NCBI GenBank assembly: GCA_902517885.1
Contig: CABYDZ010000001.1
Coordinates: forward strand, 132,158-196,157
Direction: 5' to 3'
Length of the DNA: 64,000 nucleotides
Source: an uncultured Pelagibacteraceae bacterium
GTDB taxonomy: Bacteria; Pseudomonadota; Alphaproteobacteria; Pelagibacterales; AG-422-B15
Part shown: piece after piece, positions 10,346-19,713 of the stretch
How the letters are laid out: each line of letters begins with the position of its first letter
Position numbering within the stretch: position 1 is the first letter of the stretch
Notes under the pieces: generated by a model
What the model saw: the letters and a program-made list of their open reading frames with translations, nothing else
Database searches by the model: none
Told to the model about the DNA's origin: nothing
Translations under genes and position numbers: made by a program

Positions 10346-10390
10346 TTTTAATCTCCTAAATATTTAATATCTTTTGCTTAATTACCTAGG

Positions 10391-10424
10391 CATATAGTGA
10401 TCCACTGCGTATGTGTCAAGAGGG
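10391..10424 (-). promoter_or_regulatory. candidate groESL promoter (sigma70-like TTGACA-N17-TATATG, also reads as sigma32-like CTTGAC-N15-CACTATAT)
   Basis: The minus strand reads CCCTCTTGACACATACGCAGTGGATCACTATATG about 45 nt upstream of the groES ATG. An AGGAG Shine-Dalgarno sequence lies just before the ATG. Confidence 0.5.
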
Positions 10425-10483
10425 GCTTCAAAAACGAATAATTATAAAAGATGACAAAAAATGCTTATTTTACAATACTTTGA

Positions 10484-11254
10484 CTACTGTTCAGACTCTC
10501 CACCGTCTATAACTATATTTTGTCCAGTCATAAACGAGCCTGCTTCAGACGCAAGGTAGACGGCGGCTCCAGCGATTTCATCAGGCATGCCAATTCTTTT
10601 GAGCGCCGATTTTGCTGTTGTTGCCCTCAAAATGTCTTCGTTCTCCCAAAGTGCACGCGCAAAATCAGTCTTGATTAGTCCGGGAGATATACAATTTGCT
10701 CTTATATTATTTCTGCCATACTCCACAGAAATATTTCTTGCTAACTGAGAGTCAGCGGCCTTACTAATAGCATAAGCGCCTAACATGCTGCTTCCATGCA
10801 AACCTGCTATTGATGAAATTATAATAATAGAACCATTTCTTATTTTTACCATATCGGGCAGTATTTCATTACAGAGCCAAAAATTACTTTGTACGTTTGA
10901 TTTCATTATTTTTTCAAATGCCTCATCTGGTATGTTATTGGATGGTCCAAAATATGGATTTACAGCCGCGTTGCATACTAAAGTTGTTATACTTCCACAA
11001 AACTCCTTTGATTTAGCATACAAGCTTTTTAATTGTTCTTTGTCAGAAATATTACATGATATTGCTGTAGCCGTATCTTTTCCAAACTTACTATTAACTT
11101 CTTCTGCTACGTTCTCACATGCATCAATTTTACGACTTGTAATTATCACTTTTGCGCCATGCTCAGCCATTCGATATGCTATAGCTTTACCTATGCCCCG
11201 TGAGGATCCAGTGATTATTGCATTTTTATCTTTTAAATTAAAAAGTGATGTCAT
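10484..11254 (-). CDS. SDR-family oxidoreductase
   Basis: 256 aa with TGSSRGIGKAIA (TGxxxGxG), NAAV, and S...YAISKAA (YxxxK). Confidence 0.87.
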   Translation of the reverse strand: MTSLFNLKDKNAIITGSSRGIGKAIAYRMAEHGAKVIITSRKIDACENVAEEVNSKFGKDTATAISCNISDKEQLKSLYAKSKEFCGSITTLVCNAAVNPYFGPSNNIPDEAFEKIMKSNVQSNFWLCNEILPDMVKIRNGSIIIISSIAGLHGSSMLGAYAISKAADSQLARNISVEYGRNNIRANCISPGLIKTDFARALWENEDILRATTAKSALKRIGMPDEIAGAAVYLASEAGSFMTGQNIVIDGGESEQ

Positions 11255-11316
11255 TTAATTAATAACTGATTTAAAAAAAAAGATTATAAGTTAATAAAAT
11301 AATTTCAATATAAAAT

Positions 11317-12183
11317 ATGAATATTAATAAAATTGAGAGTGTTGAGAGTTATTCACTATCCTATAAAGCAATTTTATGTGATCTCTGGGGAGTAATCCAT
11401 AATGGTGTTGAAATTTATACTAGCGCTATTGCTTATCTTGAGCGCATGAAGGAGCATGGAATTGATGTCTATTTAATTTCAAATGCACCGCGATCTAACC
11501 ATGTTGTCCAGGAGGGTTTGACAAATAAACTTGGACTTAATCCTGATCTTTATAAACATATTTATACCTCTGGTGATATAGGAACAAAGTTTATTAACAA
11601 AAAAATACATGGTGAAAGTTATTTTCATCTAGGCCCAGCTAAGGACTATGATCTTTTAGAAAATATAAATATTAGTAAGGTAGATAATTTTAATGAAGCA
11701 GATTTCATTTTAACAACAGGTCTTTATAATGACAGTTTTGAAACCCCTAAAGATTATAATGATTTATTTAATGACTTCATTGAGAGCGAAAAACCTATTG
11801 TATGTGTGAATCCTGATGAAATTGTTTATCGGGGAGTAAACTCCATTTTTTGTGCTGGAGCTTTAGGCAAATATTATGAAAAACTTGGTGGCAAAGTAGT
11901 ATACTATGGCAAACCATACGTTGAAATTTATGACCAAGCTTTTCAAGATTTGAAAAATATGAATAATATTGAAAATAAGTCAGATATCCTTGCAATTGGC
12001 GACAGCATCAAAACCGACTGTCTTGGTGCACAAAACTTTAATTTGGATTTTGTATTTATTATGAATGGCATACATAAAGATCAAATATCAGGTAAAAACG
12101 ACAATGAAGATATTGGCAAGCTTGTGAAAGATATTCTTTCAAGAGATACAAAAGAAATTATAGTTTCTGATTTTCTAAAGTGA
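11317..12183 (+). CDS. HAD-superfamily hydrolase (subfamily IIA-like), conserved upstream of ribF
   Basis: 288 aa with LCDLWGVIHNG (DxWG variant of HAD motif I), SNAPR, and GDSIKTD. Its position before ribF is typical of alphaproteobacteria. Confidence 0.75.
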   Translation: MNINKIESVESYSLSYKAILCDLWGVIHNGVEIYTSAIAYLERMKEHGIDVYLISNAPRSNHVVQEGLTNKLGLNPDLYKHIYTSGDIGTKFINKKIHGESYFHLGPAKDYDLLENINISKVDNFNEADFILTTGLYNDSFETPKDYNDLFNDFIESEKPIVCVNPDEIVYRGVNSIFCAGALGKYYEKLGGKVVYYGKPYVEIYDQAFQDLKNMNNIENKSDILAIGDSIKTDCLGAQNFNLDFVFIMNGIHKDQISGKNDNEDIGKLVKDILSRDTKEIIVSDFLK

Positions 12184-12189
12184 ATTAAA

Positions 12190-13149
12190 GTGAAAATATT
12201 TAAAGATCTTAAAAAGACGTATAATTATACGAAAGACTCTATTCTAATAATAGGTAATCTTGATGGTGTTCATAAAGGTCACCAATCAATAATATCATTA
12301 GCCAATAAACTGAGTAAAAAAAAAGATGCAAAAGTTGGAGTATTGCTTTTTGATCCTCATCCCAGGAGATATTTTGAAAAGGATAATAAAGGTTTTTTAT
12401 TAACACAAGTTGATACGCGTCTAGAAATATTAAAATCCCATAAAATTGATTATGCGATTGTCTTAAAGTTCAATAAGAGCATTGCAACAATGACGCCGAG
12501 ATTATTTTGTAAAAAAATTCTTTTTTCAGGCATAGCCATGAAGAATATTTTTGTTGGTAAAAATTTTAGATTTGGCAATAAAAGATCTGGTGACTATCGG
12601 TTTCTATCAAATTTTGGAAAAGAACATTCATTTAATGTGACACCCATAAATTTAGTGAAAACCAATAAAATCCTTCATAAAAAAACAAAAATGAAAATTT
12701 ACTCTTCATCAAACATCAGAGCTTTAATTCAAAAAGGGGAGGTGAAACTTGCCAACAAATTTCTTGGGGCGCCGTTTACAATTGTCTCTAGAGTAATGAA
12801 AGGTGATCAAAGGGGACGAACAATAGGAGTTCCAACAGCAAATCTAAAAATTGATGAATATATTCAGCCTAACCATGGGGTTTATGCTGTTCGTGCAAAA
12901 GTAATGAATAAGAGTGCAAAGGGAAAGAATTACAAGGGAATTGCCAATTTTGGAGTCAGACCGACTTTTGATAAAAATAAACCCTTATTAGAGGTTCACT
13001 TGTTTAATTTTAATTTGAATATTTATAATTCTTCATTAAAAGTAGAATTTATTGACTTCATAAGGAAAGAAAAAAAGTTTTCTGGAATAGATTCATTAAA
13101 AAATCAATTGAAAATAGATATATCCAAAGCTAAGAAAATCTTAAATTAA
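12190..13149 (+). CDS. ribF: bifunctional riboflavin kinase / FMN adenylyltransferase
   Basis: 319 aa with a GTG start. Motifs: GNLDGVHKGHQ, V.KGDQRGRTIGVPTANL, GIANFGVRPTF. Confidence 0.93.
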   Translation: MKIFKDLKKTYNYTKDSILIIGNLDGVHKGHQSIISLANKLSKKKDAKVGVLLFDPHPRRYFEKDNKGFLLTQVDTRLEILKSHKIDYAIVLKFNKSIATMTPRLFCKKILFSGIAMKNIFVGKNFRFGNKRSGDYRFLSNFGKEHSFNVTPINLVKTNKILHKKTKMKIYSSSNIRALIQKGEVKLANKFLGAPFTIVSRVMKGDQRGRTIGVPTANLKIDEYIQPNHGVYAVRAKVMNKSAKGKNYKGIANFGVRPTFDKNKPLLEVHLFNFNLNIYNSSLKVEFIDFIRKEKKFSGIDSLKNQLKIDISKAKKILN

Positions 13150-13153
13150 TAAA

Positions 13154-15964
13154 ATGACCGCTAAAGATGATAAAATAGATTTTAGTGAAACTTTGTTTTT
13201 GCCTAAAACTTCTTTTGCTATGCGAGCGGGGCTGCCTGAACAAGAGCCAAGCATATTAGAGGATTGGGATAAAAATAATCTTTATCAAAAATTAAGAAAC
13301 AATTCGAAGGACCGAAAGAAATTTGTACTTCATGATGGCCCACCATATGCAAATGGCCATCTTCATATGGGGCACGCTTTAAATAAAGTTTTAAAAGATT
13401 TTGTTGTTCGGTCACAGCAAATGCTTGGGCACAATAGTTCATATATTCCTGGCTGGGACTGTCATGGCCTCCCGATAGAGTGGAAGATTGAAGAACAATA
13501 TCGAGAAAAAGGAAAAGATAAAGACGAAGTAGATATCATTCAGTTTAGAAAAGAATGCAGGGAATTTGCTAAAAAGTGGATTGATATCCAGAGATCGGAA
13601 TTTATAAGGCTAGGAGTAACTGGAGATTGGTTCAATCCCTACACTACAATGTCTTACGAAGCTGAGTCTACAATTGTGAAGGAGTTTTTCAAATTTTTAG
13701 AAAATGAGAGTTTATATCGTGGCTCTAAACCAGTTATGTGGTCAACAGTAGAAAAGACCGCATTAGCTGAAGCTGAGATAGAATATAAAGAGCACAAATC
13801 GATAACGATTTTTGTAAAATTTCCTGTAATTTCTTCACTGGAAAATAATGAAGTAAATACGTCGGTTATTATTTGGACTACAACTCCATGGACTATACCA
13901 GCAAATCGAGCCATAGCTTTCAGTAAAGATATAAGTTATTCGATTTATTCTGTTAATGGATTAGAAGAAAGCAGTCTATTAAAAGAAGGAGAGCAAATTA
14001 TTATTGCTGATCAATTAATAGACAATGTAAGAACTCAATGCAAAGTAAAAGAGCTTACAAAAATTAGAGCAATTAAAGACTTAGATCAAATAATTTGTGG
14101 ACATCCTTTCAGAGATTCAGGGTATGATTTTGAAGTTAAATTATTTGATGCTGATTTTGTAACTTTAGAACAAGGAAGTGGATTTGTTCATATAGCTCCA
14201 GGTCACGGAGCGGATGATTATAATTTAGGCATTGCAAATAATGTTGAAGTACCAGAAACGGTGGATGAGAATGGTCAATATTTTGATCATGTTCCCCTTT
14301 TTAAAGGCAAAAAAGTATTTAATGATGATGGCTCTGATGCAGACGCGAATGTAGCAGTGATCGTTGAGCTTAAAAATCATAATAATCTTGCAGGAAAAGG
14401 ATCACTGAGGCACAGCTATCCTCATTCATGGAGATCTAAAGCTCCTGTCATATTCAGAAATACTCCTCAATGGTTTATTAGTATGGAAAAGAATGGATTA
14501 AGGTCAACAGCACTTAATGAAATAGATAAAGTTAATTGGTTCCCTAAGCAAGGTAAGAATAGAATATATTCGATGATTGAAGATAGACCTGATTGGGTTG
14601 TTTCGAGGCAAAGAGCTTGGGGTGTTCCTCTATCTATATTTTACCACATAGAAACTGGACAACCTCTAATTGATAAAGAAATTAATCAAAAAATAATCGA
14701 TCTGTATAAAGAAGAAGGATCAGACGCTTGGTTTAAATACTCTAAAGAAGAATTGTTGGGAGATAAGTACGATCCAAATGATTATAAAAAAGTTGATGAT
14801 ATTCTTGATGTTTGGTTTGATTCTGGCTGTACCCATTCCTTTGTTTTAGATGAAAAGGAAGATCAAATGTGGCCTGCATCTCTTTATTTAGAAGGCACTG
14901 ATCAACATAGAGGATGGTTTCACTCCTCACTTTTGGAGTCATGTGGAACCAGAGGGATTGCTCCTTATGAGTCGGTCTTGACGCATGGCTTTGTTCTTCA
15001 CGAAGATGGACTAAAAATGAGTAAGTCTTCAGCTAATATAGTTTCACCTGATGAAATTATAAATAAATCTGGAGCAGATATTTTAAGACTATGGGTTGCA
15101 AGCAGCGATTATTCAGAGGATTTAAAGATAGGGCCTGAAATCATGAAGAGCAATGTTGATAGCTACAGAAGGCTGAGGAATACATTACGTTTCATTCTTG
15201 GAAACTTATCTGAATTTAACGATAATGAAAAAATTTCATATGCAGAACTCAGTGAGCTTGATCAATATATTTTATCTCAGTTAGAGGAGCTAAAAAAAGA
15301 AGTAATAGAAAACTATAAAATATTTGAATATCAAAAAGTTTTTTCTGCAATATTTAATTTTTGTACTAATGATTTATCATCTTTTTATTTTGATATTAAA
15401 AAGGATGTTCTTTACTGCGAATCTAAGGACAGCCATATCAGGATGTCTACTCGAACAGTATTAGATAAACTATTCTATAATTTGCTTACCTTACTCGCGC
15501 CTATTTTATGTTTTACATCTGAAGAGGCTTGGCAAAGCAGACTTGGAAAAGAATCAAGTATCCATGAAGTTGATTTTCCAGTCTTAGAAAGTGATGTTAT
15601 TAATAAAGAGCTCACAAAAAAATGGGATTTATATAAGCAGTTGCGTAAGGCAATAAATGGCGCAATTGAGGTAAAGAGAAAAGAAAAAGTCATCGGCTCA
15701 AGTCTTGAAGCATCTGTAACACTCTTTTCAACAAAAAATATTAATGAAATTGATAGTGATACACTTGAAAATATTTCAATAATAAGTGAATTAACAATAT
15801 TAAACGAAAAGCCACCAGAAGGCTCATATATTTCTGAGTCAGAAAAAGATGTAGGTATTGTAGTTAAGAAAGTTGATGGCAATAAGTGCGAGAGATGCTG
15901 GAAATATTATCCTAATCTAGAAAAAGATATTTGTTTACGTTGTGAGCAAGTTATGAATCAATAA
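13154..15964 (+). CDS. ileS: isoleucine--tRNA ligase
   Basis: 936 aa with PPYANGHLHMGH (HIGH), KMSKS, and a C-terminal zinc motif CERCW...CLRC. Confidence 0.98.
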   Translation: MTAKDDKIDFSETLFLPKTSFAMRAGLPEQEPSILEDWDKNNLYQKLRNNSKDRKKFVLHDGPPYANGHLHMGHALNKVLKDFVVRSQQMLGHNSSYIPGWDCHGLPIEWKIEEQYREKGKDKDEVDIIQFRKECREFAKKWIDIQRSEFIRLGVTGDWFNPYTTMSYEAESTIVKEFFKFLENESLYRGSKPVMWSTVEKTALAEAEIEYKEHKSITIFVKFPVISSLENNEVNTSVIIWTTTPWTIPANRAIAFSKDISYSIYSVNGLEESSLLKEGEQIIIADQLIDNVRTQCKVKELTKIRAIKDLDQIICGHPFRDSGYDFEVKLFDADFVTLEQGSGFVHIAPGHGADDYNLGIANNVEVPETVDENGQYFDHVPLFKGKKVFNDDGSDADANVAVIVELKNHNNLAGKGSLRHSYPHSWRSKAPVIFRNTPQWFISMEKNGLRSTALNEIDKVNWFPKQGKNRIYSMIEDRPDWVVSRQRAWGVPLSIFYHIETGQPLIDKEINQKIIDLYKEEGSDAWFKYSKEELLGDKYDPNDYKKVDDILDVWFDSGCTHSFVLDEKEDQMWPASLYLEGTDQHRGWFHSSLLESCGTRGIAPYESVLTHGFVLHEDGLKMSKSSANIVSPDEIINKSGADILRLWVASSDYSEDLKIGPEIMKSNVDSYRRLRNTLRFILGNLSEFNDNEKISYAELSELDQYILSQLEELKKEVIENYKIFEYQKVFSAIFNFCTNDLSSFYFDIKKDVLYCESKDSHIRMSTRTVLDKLFYNLLTLLAPILCFTSEEAWQSRLGKESSIHEVDFPVLESDVINKELTKKWDLYKQLRKAINGAIEVKRKEKVIGSSLEASVTLFSTKNINEIDSDTLENISIISELTILNEKPPEGSYISESEKDVGIVVKKVDGNKCERCWKYYPNLEKDICLRCEQVMNQ

Positions 15965-16468
15965 ATGATATATAGGCTTTCTAAATTTTTTTTACTAATA
16001 TTATTTTTTTTCGCTTTAGATCAAATAAGTAAAAATATAATTATACAACTTTACAACATCGATGTTGAAAATTTAAGTTCCCAGTATTTAACCTCAATTA
16101 ATGAATACATAAATTTATATTTAATTTGGAATAAAGGCTTTGCCTTTGGGTTATTTCAAAATGACATAAGGATTGTAAATAATATTTATATGATTTTAAT
16201 GGCTGCAATTATTGTCGTGGTGTTCATTTACGCCTTAACCATTAATAGCAAAGTTTATTATTATGGATTTAGTTTAATAATTGGAGGTGCATTAGGCAAT
16301 CTTTTTGATCGTTATCAGTATGCAGCAGTATTGGATTTTATTGACGTGCATTATAATAATTTCCATTGGTATGTATTTAATATTGCTGATATAAATATAA
16401 CTCTTGGATGTATCCTAATAATAATTTTAGAATTGTTTTCAAATAGAAAGAAAAAAAATGAAATATAA
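15965..16468 (+). CDS. lspA: lipoprotein signal peptidase (signal peptidase II)
   Basis: 167 aa and four hydrophobic segments. Motifs: WNKGFAFG, GGALGNLFDR, VLDFID, FNIAD. It abuts the ileS stop (TAAATG). Confidence 0.92.
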   Translation: MIYRLSKFFLLILFFFALDQISKNIIIQLYNIDVENLSSQYLTSINEYINLYLIWNKGFAFGLFQNDIRIVNNIYMILMAAIIVVVFIYALTINSKVYYYGFSLIIGGALGNLFDRYQYAAVLDFIDVHYNNFHWYVFNIADINITLGCILIIILELFSNRKKKNEI

Positions 16469-17120
16469 AATAACCAGTCGATACTTTCTATTGATAGTTT
16501 TTTTTATATTTATTTCTTGTTCTAATAATACAGTAAGAGATTATACGTCACTTAAGCAAAAAGCACTAGAAATACCCCCTGACTTTGAGTTATCACCTCC
16601 AGTTGTGAATGATGACTCTGCAAGTGAAGAGCTGCCAAATGAAGAAGTGGTAGAAGATATTGAAGAAATACTAACAAGTGATAATAGTGCGAAAACTAGC
16701 GAAAAGACTGAGAGTTCATCTTTAGAAGATTTCATTGATAGTAATTTTGTTAATGATGAAAAAGAAGAAGTATCAAATGAAGTAAACACAAATGACGATA
16801 CTGAATCCCTAGACGTTTTGGTAAATGACGACTTACCTGATCAGCCTACTGATGTCGAAAATACAAATGATACAGAAGAGATGATTCAAGATGATCAAGC
16901 CCAAAATAATGAGTCTAAAGAAACCAATTTTACTGAAGAAAAGTTGCTAGATGAGTTATCAAATGTAGATGATATAACATCGCTTCCAGAAGAAGAGCAG
17001 TTGAAGCCTGAGATTATTGAAGAAGAAGTTTATGACGATCCTACAGTTTACGATGATGACCAAGATTTAAATGATCTATTGAACAGAGTGGATGATTTAC
17101 TCAACTCATATTCAAATTAA
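16458..17120 (+). CDS. lipoprotein with an extremely acidic low-complexity C-terminal region (DUF3035-like N-terminus)
   Basis: 220 aa. It has a signal peptide plus lipobox (FIFISC) and a LEIPPDFELSPP motif, followed by about 170 aa rich in D, E, N and S. Confidence 0.6.
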   Translation: MKYKITSRYFLLIVFFIFISCSNNTVRDYTSLKQKALEIPPDFELSPPVVNDDSASEELPNEEVVEDIEEILTSDNSAKTSEKTESSSLEDFIDSNFVNDEKEEVSNEVNTNDDTESLDVLVNDDLPDQPTDVENTNDTEEMIQDDQAQNNESKETNFTEEKLLDELSNVDDITSLPEEEQLKPEIIEEEVYDDPTVYDDDQDLNDLLNRVDDLLNSYSN

Positions 17121-17131
17121 ATATTCTATAA

Positions 17132-18127
17132 ATGTTTAAGTTTTTTAGAGATCCAAAATGGTTTTACTGGGCATATATTGGTTCAGCAATTATTTTATCG
17201 TCATTATGGATTCAGGTACAAATTGACGTAAAAATTAATGAATGGTTTGGTGAATTTTATGACATGATACAAGAGGCGTTGTCAGCTCCTAACGTAATTA
17301 CTATAGAAGAATATTGGGCAAGTCTTTTATCATTTATAACTTTAGCTGGCATGTATGTGGCTGTAGCAGTTCTTGTAAGTTATTTTACTAATCATTTTCT
17401 ATTCAGGTGGAGAACCGCAATGGTAGAATGGTATCATTCTGTTTATGACAAAGCCCGCAAAATTGAAGGGGCCTCACAGAGAGTCCAAGAAGATACAATT
17501 AAATTCTCAAGAATCATGGAGTCTCTTGGAACGAGTTTGATCGAAGCATTAATGATACTGGTTGAATTTATGCCAATTTTATTTGGCCTGAGCATTGGAA
17601 TTCCAATATTTTTCTTTGGTGAATGGGAATATGGTTTAGTTGTTGGGGCGTTGGTGTGGTCAATTGGTGGTACATTATTTTTAATTATTCTTGGTTTTAT
17701 TTTAAGACTTGTTGGAATCGAATATGATCTTCAAAAACAAGAAGCTGCATATAGGAAAATGCTCGTAATTGCTGAGGACGATGAGACTGTGAGGCCAAAA
17801 ACTCTTGAGGAATTGTTCGGTGATGTAAGGCAGATACATTTTCTAAGTTATATAAGATACCTATATTTTGATATTGGCCGTGTTGCATTTTTACAGGCAA
17901 ATGTTTTATCAGCGTATGTATTTTTAGCACCCGCAATCGTTGCAGGCGTTGTTACCCTTGGGGTTATGCAGCAGATAATCAGGGCATTTGGAAGAGTTGA
18001 GGGATCAATGCAGTATCTGCTAAAAGCATGGCCTACGATAATTGAGCTCGCAAGTGTTTATAAGAGACTAAGAGAGTTTGAAAGACAAATTGATGAAGTT
18101 TTAATTGAAGAGGAAACTCCTGTATAA
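17132..18127 (+). CDS. SbmA/BacA-like family transporter (membrane domain only)
   Basis: 331 aa. The N-terminus FFRDPKWFYWAYIGS...INEWFGEFYDMIQ and the motif RWRTAMVEWY...EGASQRVQEDT match my recollection of the SbmA_BacA family. There is no ATPase domain. Confidence 0.72.
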   Translation: MFKFFRDPKWFYWAYIGSAIILSSLWIQVQIDVKINEWFGEFYDMIQEALSAPNVITIEEYWASLLSFITLAGMYVAVAVLVSYFTNHFLFRWRTAMVEWYHSVYDKARKIEGASQRVQEDTIKFSRIMESLGTSLIEALMILVEFMPILFGLSIGIPIFFFGEWEYGLVVGALVWSIGGTLFLIILGFILRLVGIEYDLQKQEAAYRKMLVIAEDDETVRPKTLEELFGDVRQIHFLSYIRYLYFDIGRVAFLQANVLSAYVFLAPAIVAGVVTLGVMQQIIRAFGRVEGSMQYLLKAWPTIIELASVYKRLREFERQIDEVLIEEETPV

Positions 18128-18129
18128 AA

Positions 18130-19152
18130 ATGAATTATTCATTCTTAGATTTCGAGAAACTTGAAAAAAAATTCCTTTTATCTAGTGATATCATTTCTCA
18201 AAAATTTGAAAATATTGTTGTTATTGGCTTTGGAGGATCAACGCAAGGCTCAAAAGCTATTAATTCCTTTTTAAATGAAATACGAGTAATTTATATTGAT
18301 CATTTACATTCTGATATTATTGATAAATTAGTCGTAACTTTGAATTTAGAAAAAACAGGGTTCATTTTCATCTCTAAATCTGGCAAAACTTCTGAAACAT
18401 TATCTATTTTTGAGTACTTGATAGACAAATGCAAAAATAAAATAAATATCTCAAATCACTTTTTTTCTTTAACCGAAGATAAACAATCTCAACTTCACGA
18501 CTTTGCGTTACAGCACTCAATGAAATCTATTGAGCATGATCCAGATATAGGAGGAAGATTTTCTATATTCAGCAATACATCTCTTATTCCTGGGTTTTAT
18601 TTTAATTCGGATTTGTGCAAAAATTTTCTTGAGGGCGGCAGAGAAGCTATGGAAGAAAAAGGTTTAGCTGAAGATTTGGCTGATCAGTTAAGTCAGTCTA
18701 TGAAAAATAATAAAAATATCGCAGCATATCTTATTTATGGGCATGAATTACTTGAAGTAGGTAATTGGAAAAAACAACTTTTTGCTGAATCGCTAGGTAA
18801 AAATGGAAAAGGATTTATGCCAGTTGTTTCTGAGATGACAAAAGACCAGCATAGTATTCTTCAATTATTTCTGGACGGGCCAAGGAATGTATTCTTTGAA
18901 ATCATGAGTATGGAGAGTGATAAAGTGAATTTAATAAATATGACACTTTCTAACCATATGAGTGCAATGAACGAGACACTTATAAAACAAGGTCTTAAAC
19001 CAAGAATTTCAATATTTAAGGAGAATGATGTTAAGAAGCTGGGTTTTTATTTTTGTATCGAAATATTAACTGTTATTTTCTTGGCAAAGCTTCTTAATGT
19101 AGATCCTTTTGTTCAGGAAGCTGTCGAACTTCAAAAAAATAATTTAAGTTAG
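18130..19152 (+). CDS. compact glucose-6-phosphate isomerase-like (SIS/PGI family) protein
   Basis: 340 aa with GFGGSTQGSKA, ISKSGKTSETL, AESLGKNGKG, DQHSILQLFLDGP, and C-terminal NVDPFVQEAVELQK. These are PGI core motifs in a shortened protein. Confidence 0.65.
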   Translation: MNYSFLDFEKLEKKFLLSSDIISQKFENIVVIGFGGSTQGSKAINSFLNEIRVIYIDHLHSDIIDKLVVTLNLEKTGFIFISKSGKTSETLSIFEYLIDKCKNKINISNHFFSLTEDKQSQLHDFALQHSMKSIEHDPDIGGRFSIFSNTSLIPGFYFNSDLCKNFLEGGREAMEEKGLAEDLADQLSQSMKNNKNIAAYLIYGHELLEVGNWKKQLFAESLGKNGKGFMPVVSEMTKDQHSILQLFLDGPRNVFFEIMSMESDKVNLINMTLSNHMSAMNETLIKQGLKPRISIFKENDVKKLGFYFCIEILTVIFLAKLLNVDPFVQEAVELQKNNLS

Positions 19153-19713
19153 TCTATAGAAAGAAAATTTTGATATACCCAACTCTTTAACTCTTTCTAT
19201 TTTTAGCTCTGGGATTAATATATCTTTTGATTTTCTTTCCTCTTCAATAACCAGTATAGAGTCTTTGTTTATAAGATTTTTCTTTAGGATATTTTTTATA
19301 GATCTGGCAACTAAGTTTTTATTATAGGGGGGATCTATATACACCAAGTTAAATTTTGGCTTATCAGAAATAGTTTCAAATGAGCATGCATTTTCGTTTA
19401 GAACAGATATTTGATCAGTCAAGCCTAGTTTATTTGCACTCTTATAAATTAGATTAATTATTTGATCATTGTTTTCAACCATTGTTGCACTGTTGGCGCC
19501 TCTTGATAAAGCTTCAAAACTAAATGAACCTGTTCCTGCAAATAAATCTAGAACATTTGATTTTTCAATTTGAAATCCAGTATTAATTATTTCTTTACCA
19601 TGCGTGAGAATATTAAATATTGTTTCTCTATTTTTATCAGATAATGGTCGAACATCTTTATCTTTATGACTAAAAATAGAATGCCCTTTTTTTGACCCAC
19701 TAATTATTCTCAT
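19144..19713 (-). CDS. rsmD: 16S rRNA (guanine966-N2)-methyltransferase
   Basis: 189 aa with MRIISG, LDLFAGTGSFSFEALSRGA, and YIDPPY. Confidence 0.87.
   Translation of the reverse strand: MRIISGSKKGHSIFSHKDKDVRPLSDKNRETIFNILTHGKEIINTGFQIEKSNVLDLFAGTGSFSFEALSRGANSATMVENNDQIINLIYKSANKLGLTDQISVLNENACSFETISDKPKFNLVYIDPPYNKNLVARSIKNILKKNLINKDSILVIEEERKSKDILIPELKIERVKELGISKFSFYRLT

Noticed and set aside
10785-11258. 157-aa plus-strand ORF antisense to the SDR gene. Similar antisense ORFs occur at 35505-35939 (in ubiA), 15475-15882 (in ileS), 20986-21339 and 21685-21987 (in the ACAD), and 5908-6270 (in hisS)
   Set aside because: Each lies entirely inside a confidently identified gene on the other strand. 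None has a recognisable motif. All have the composition typical of antisense frames.
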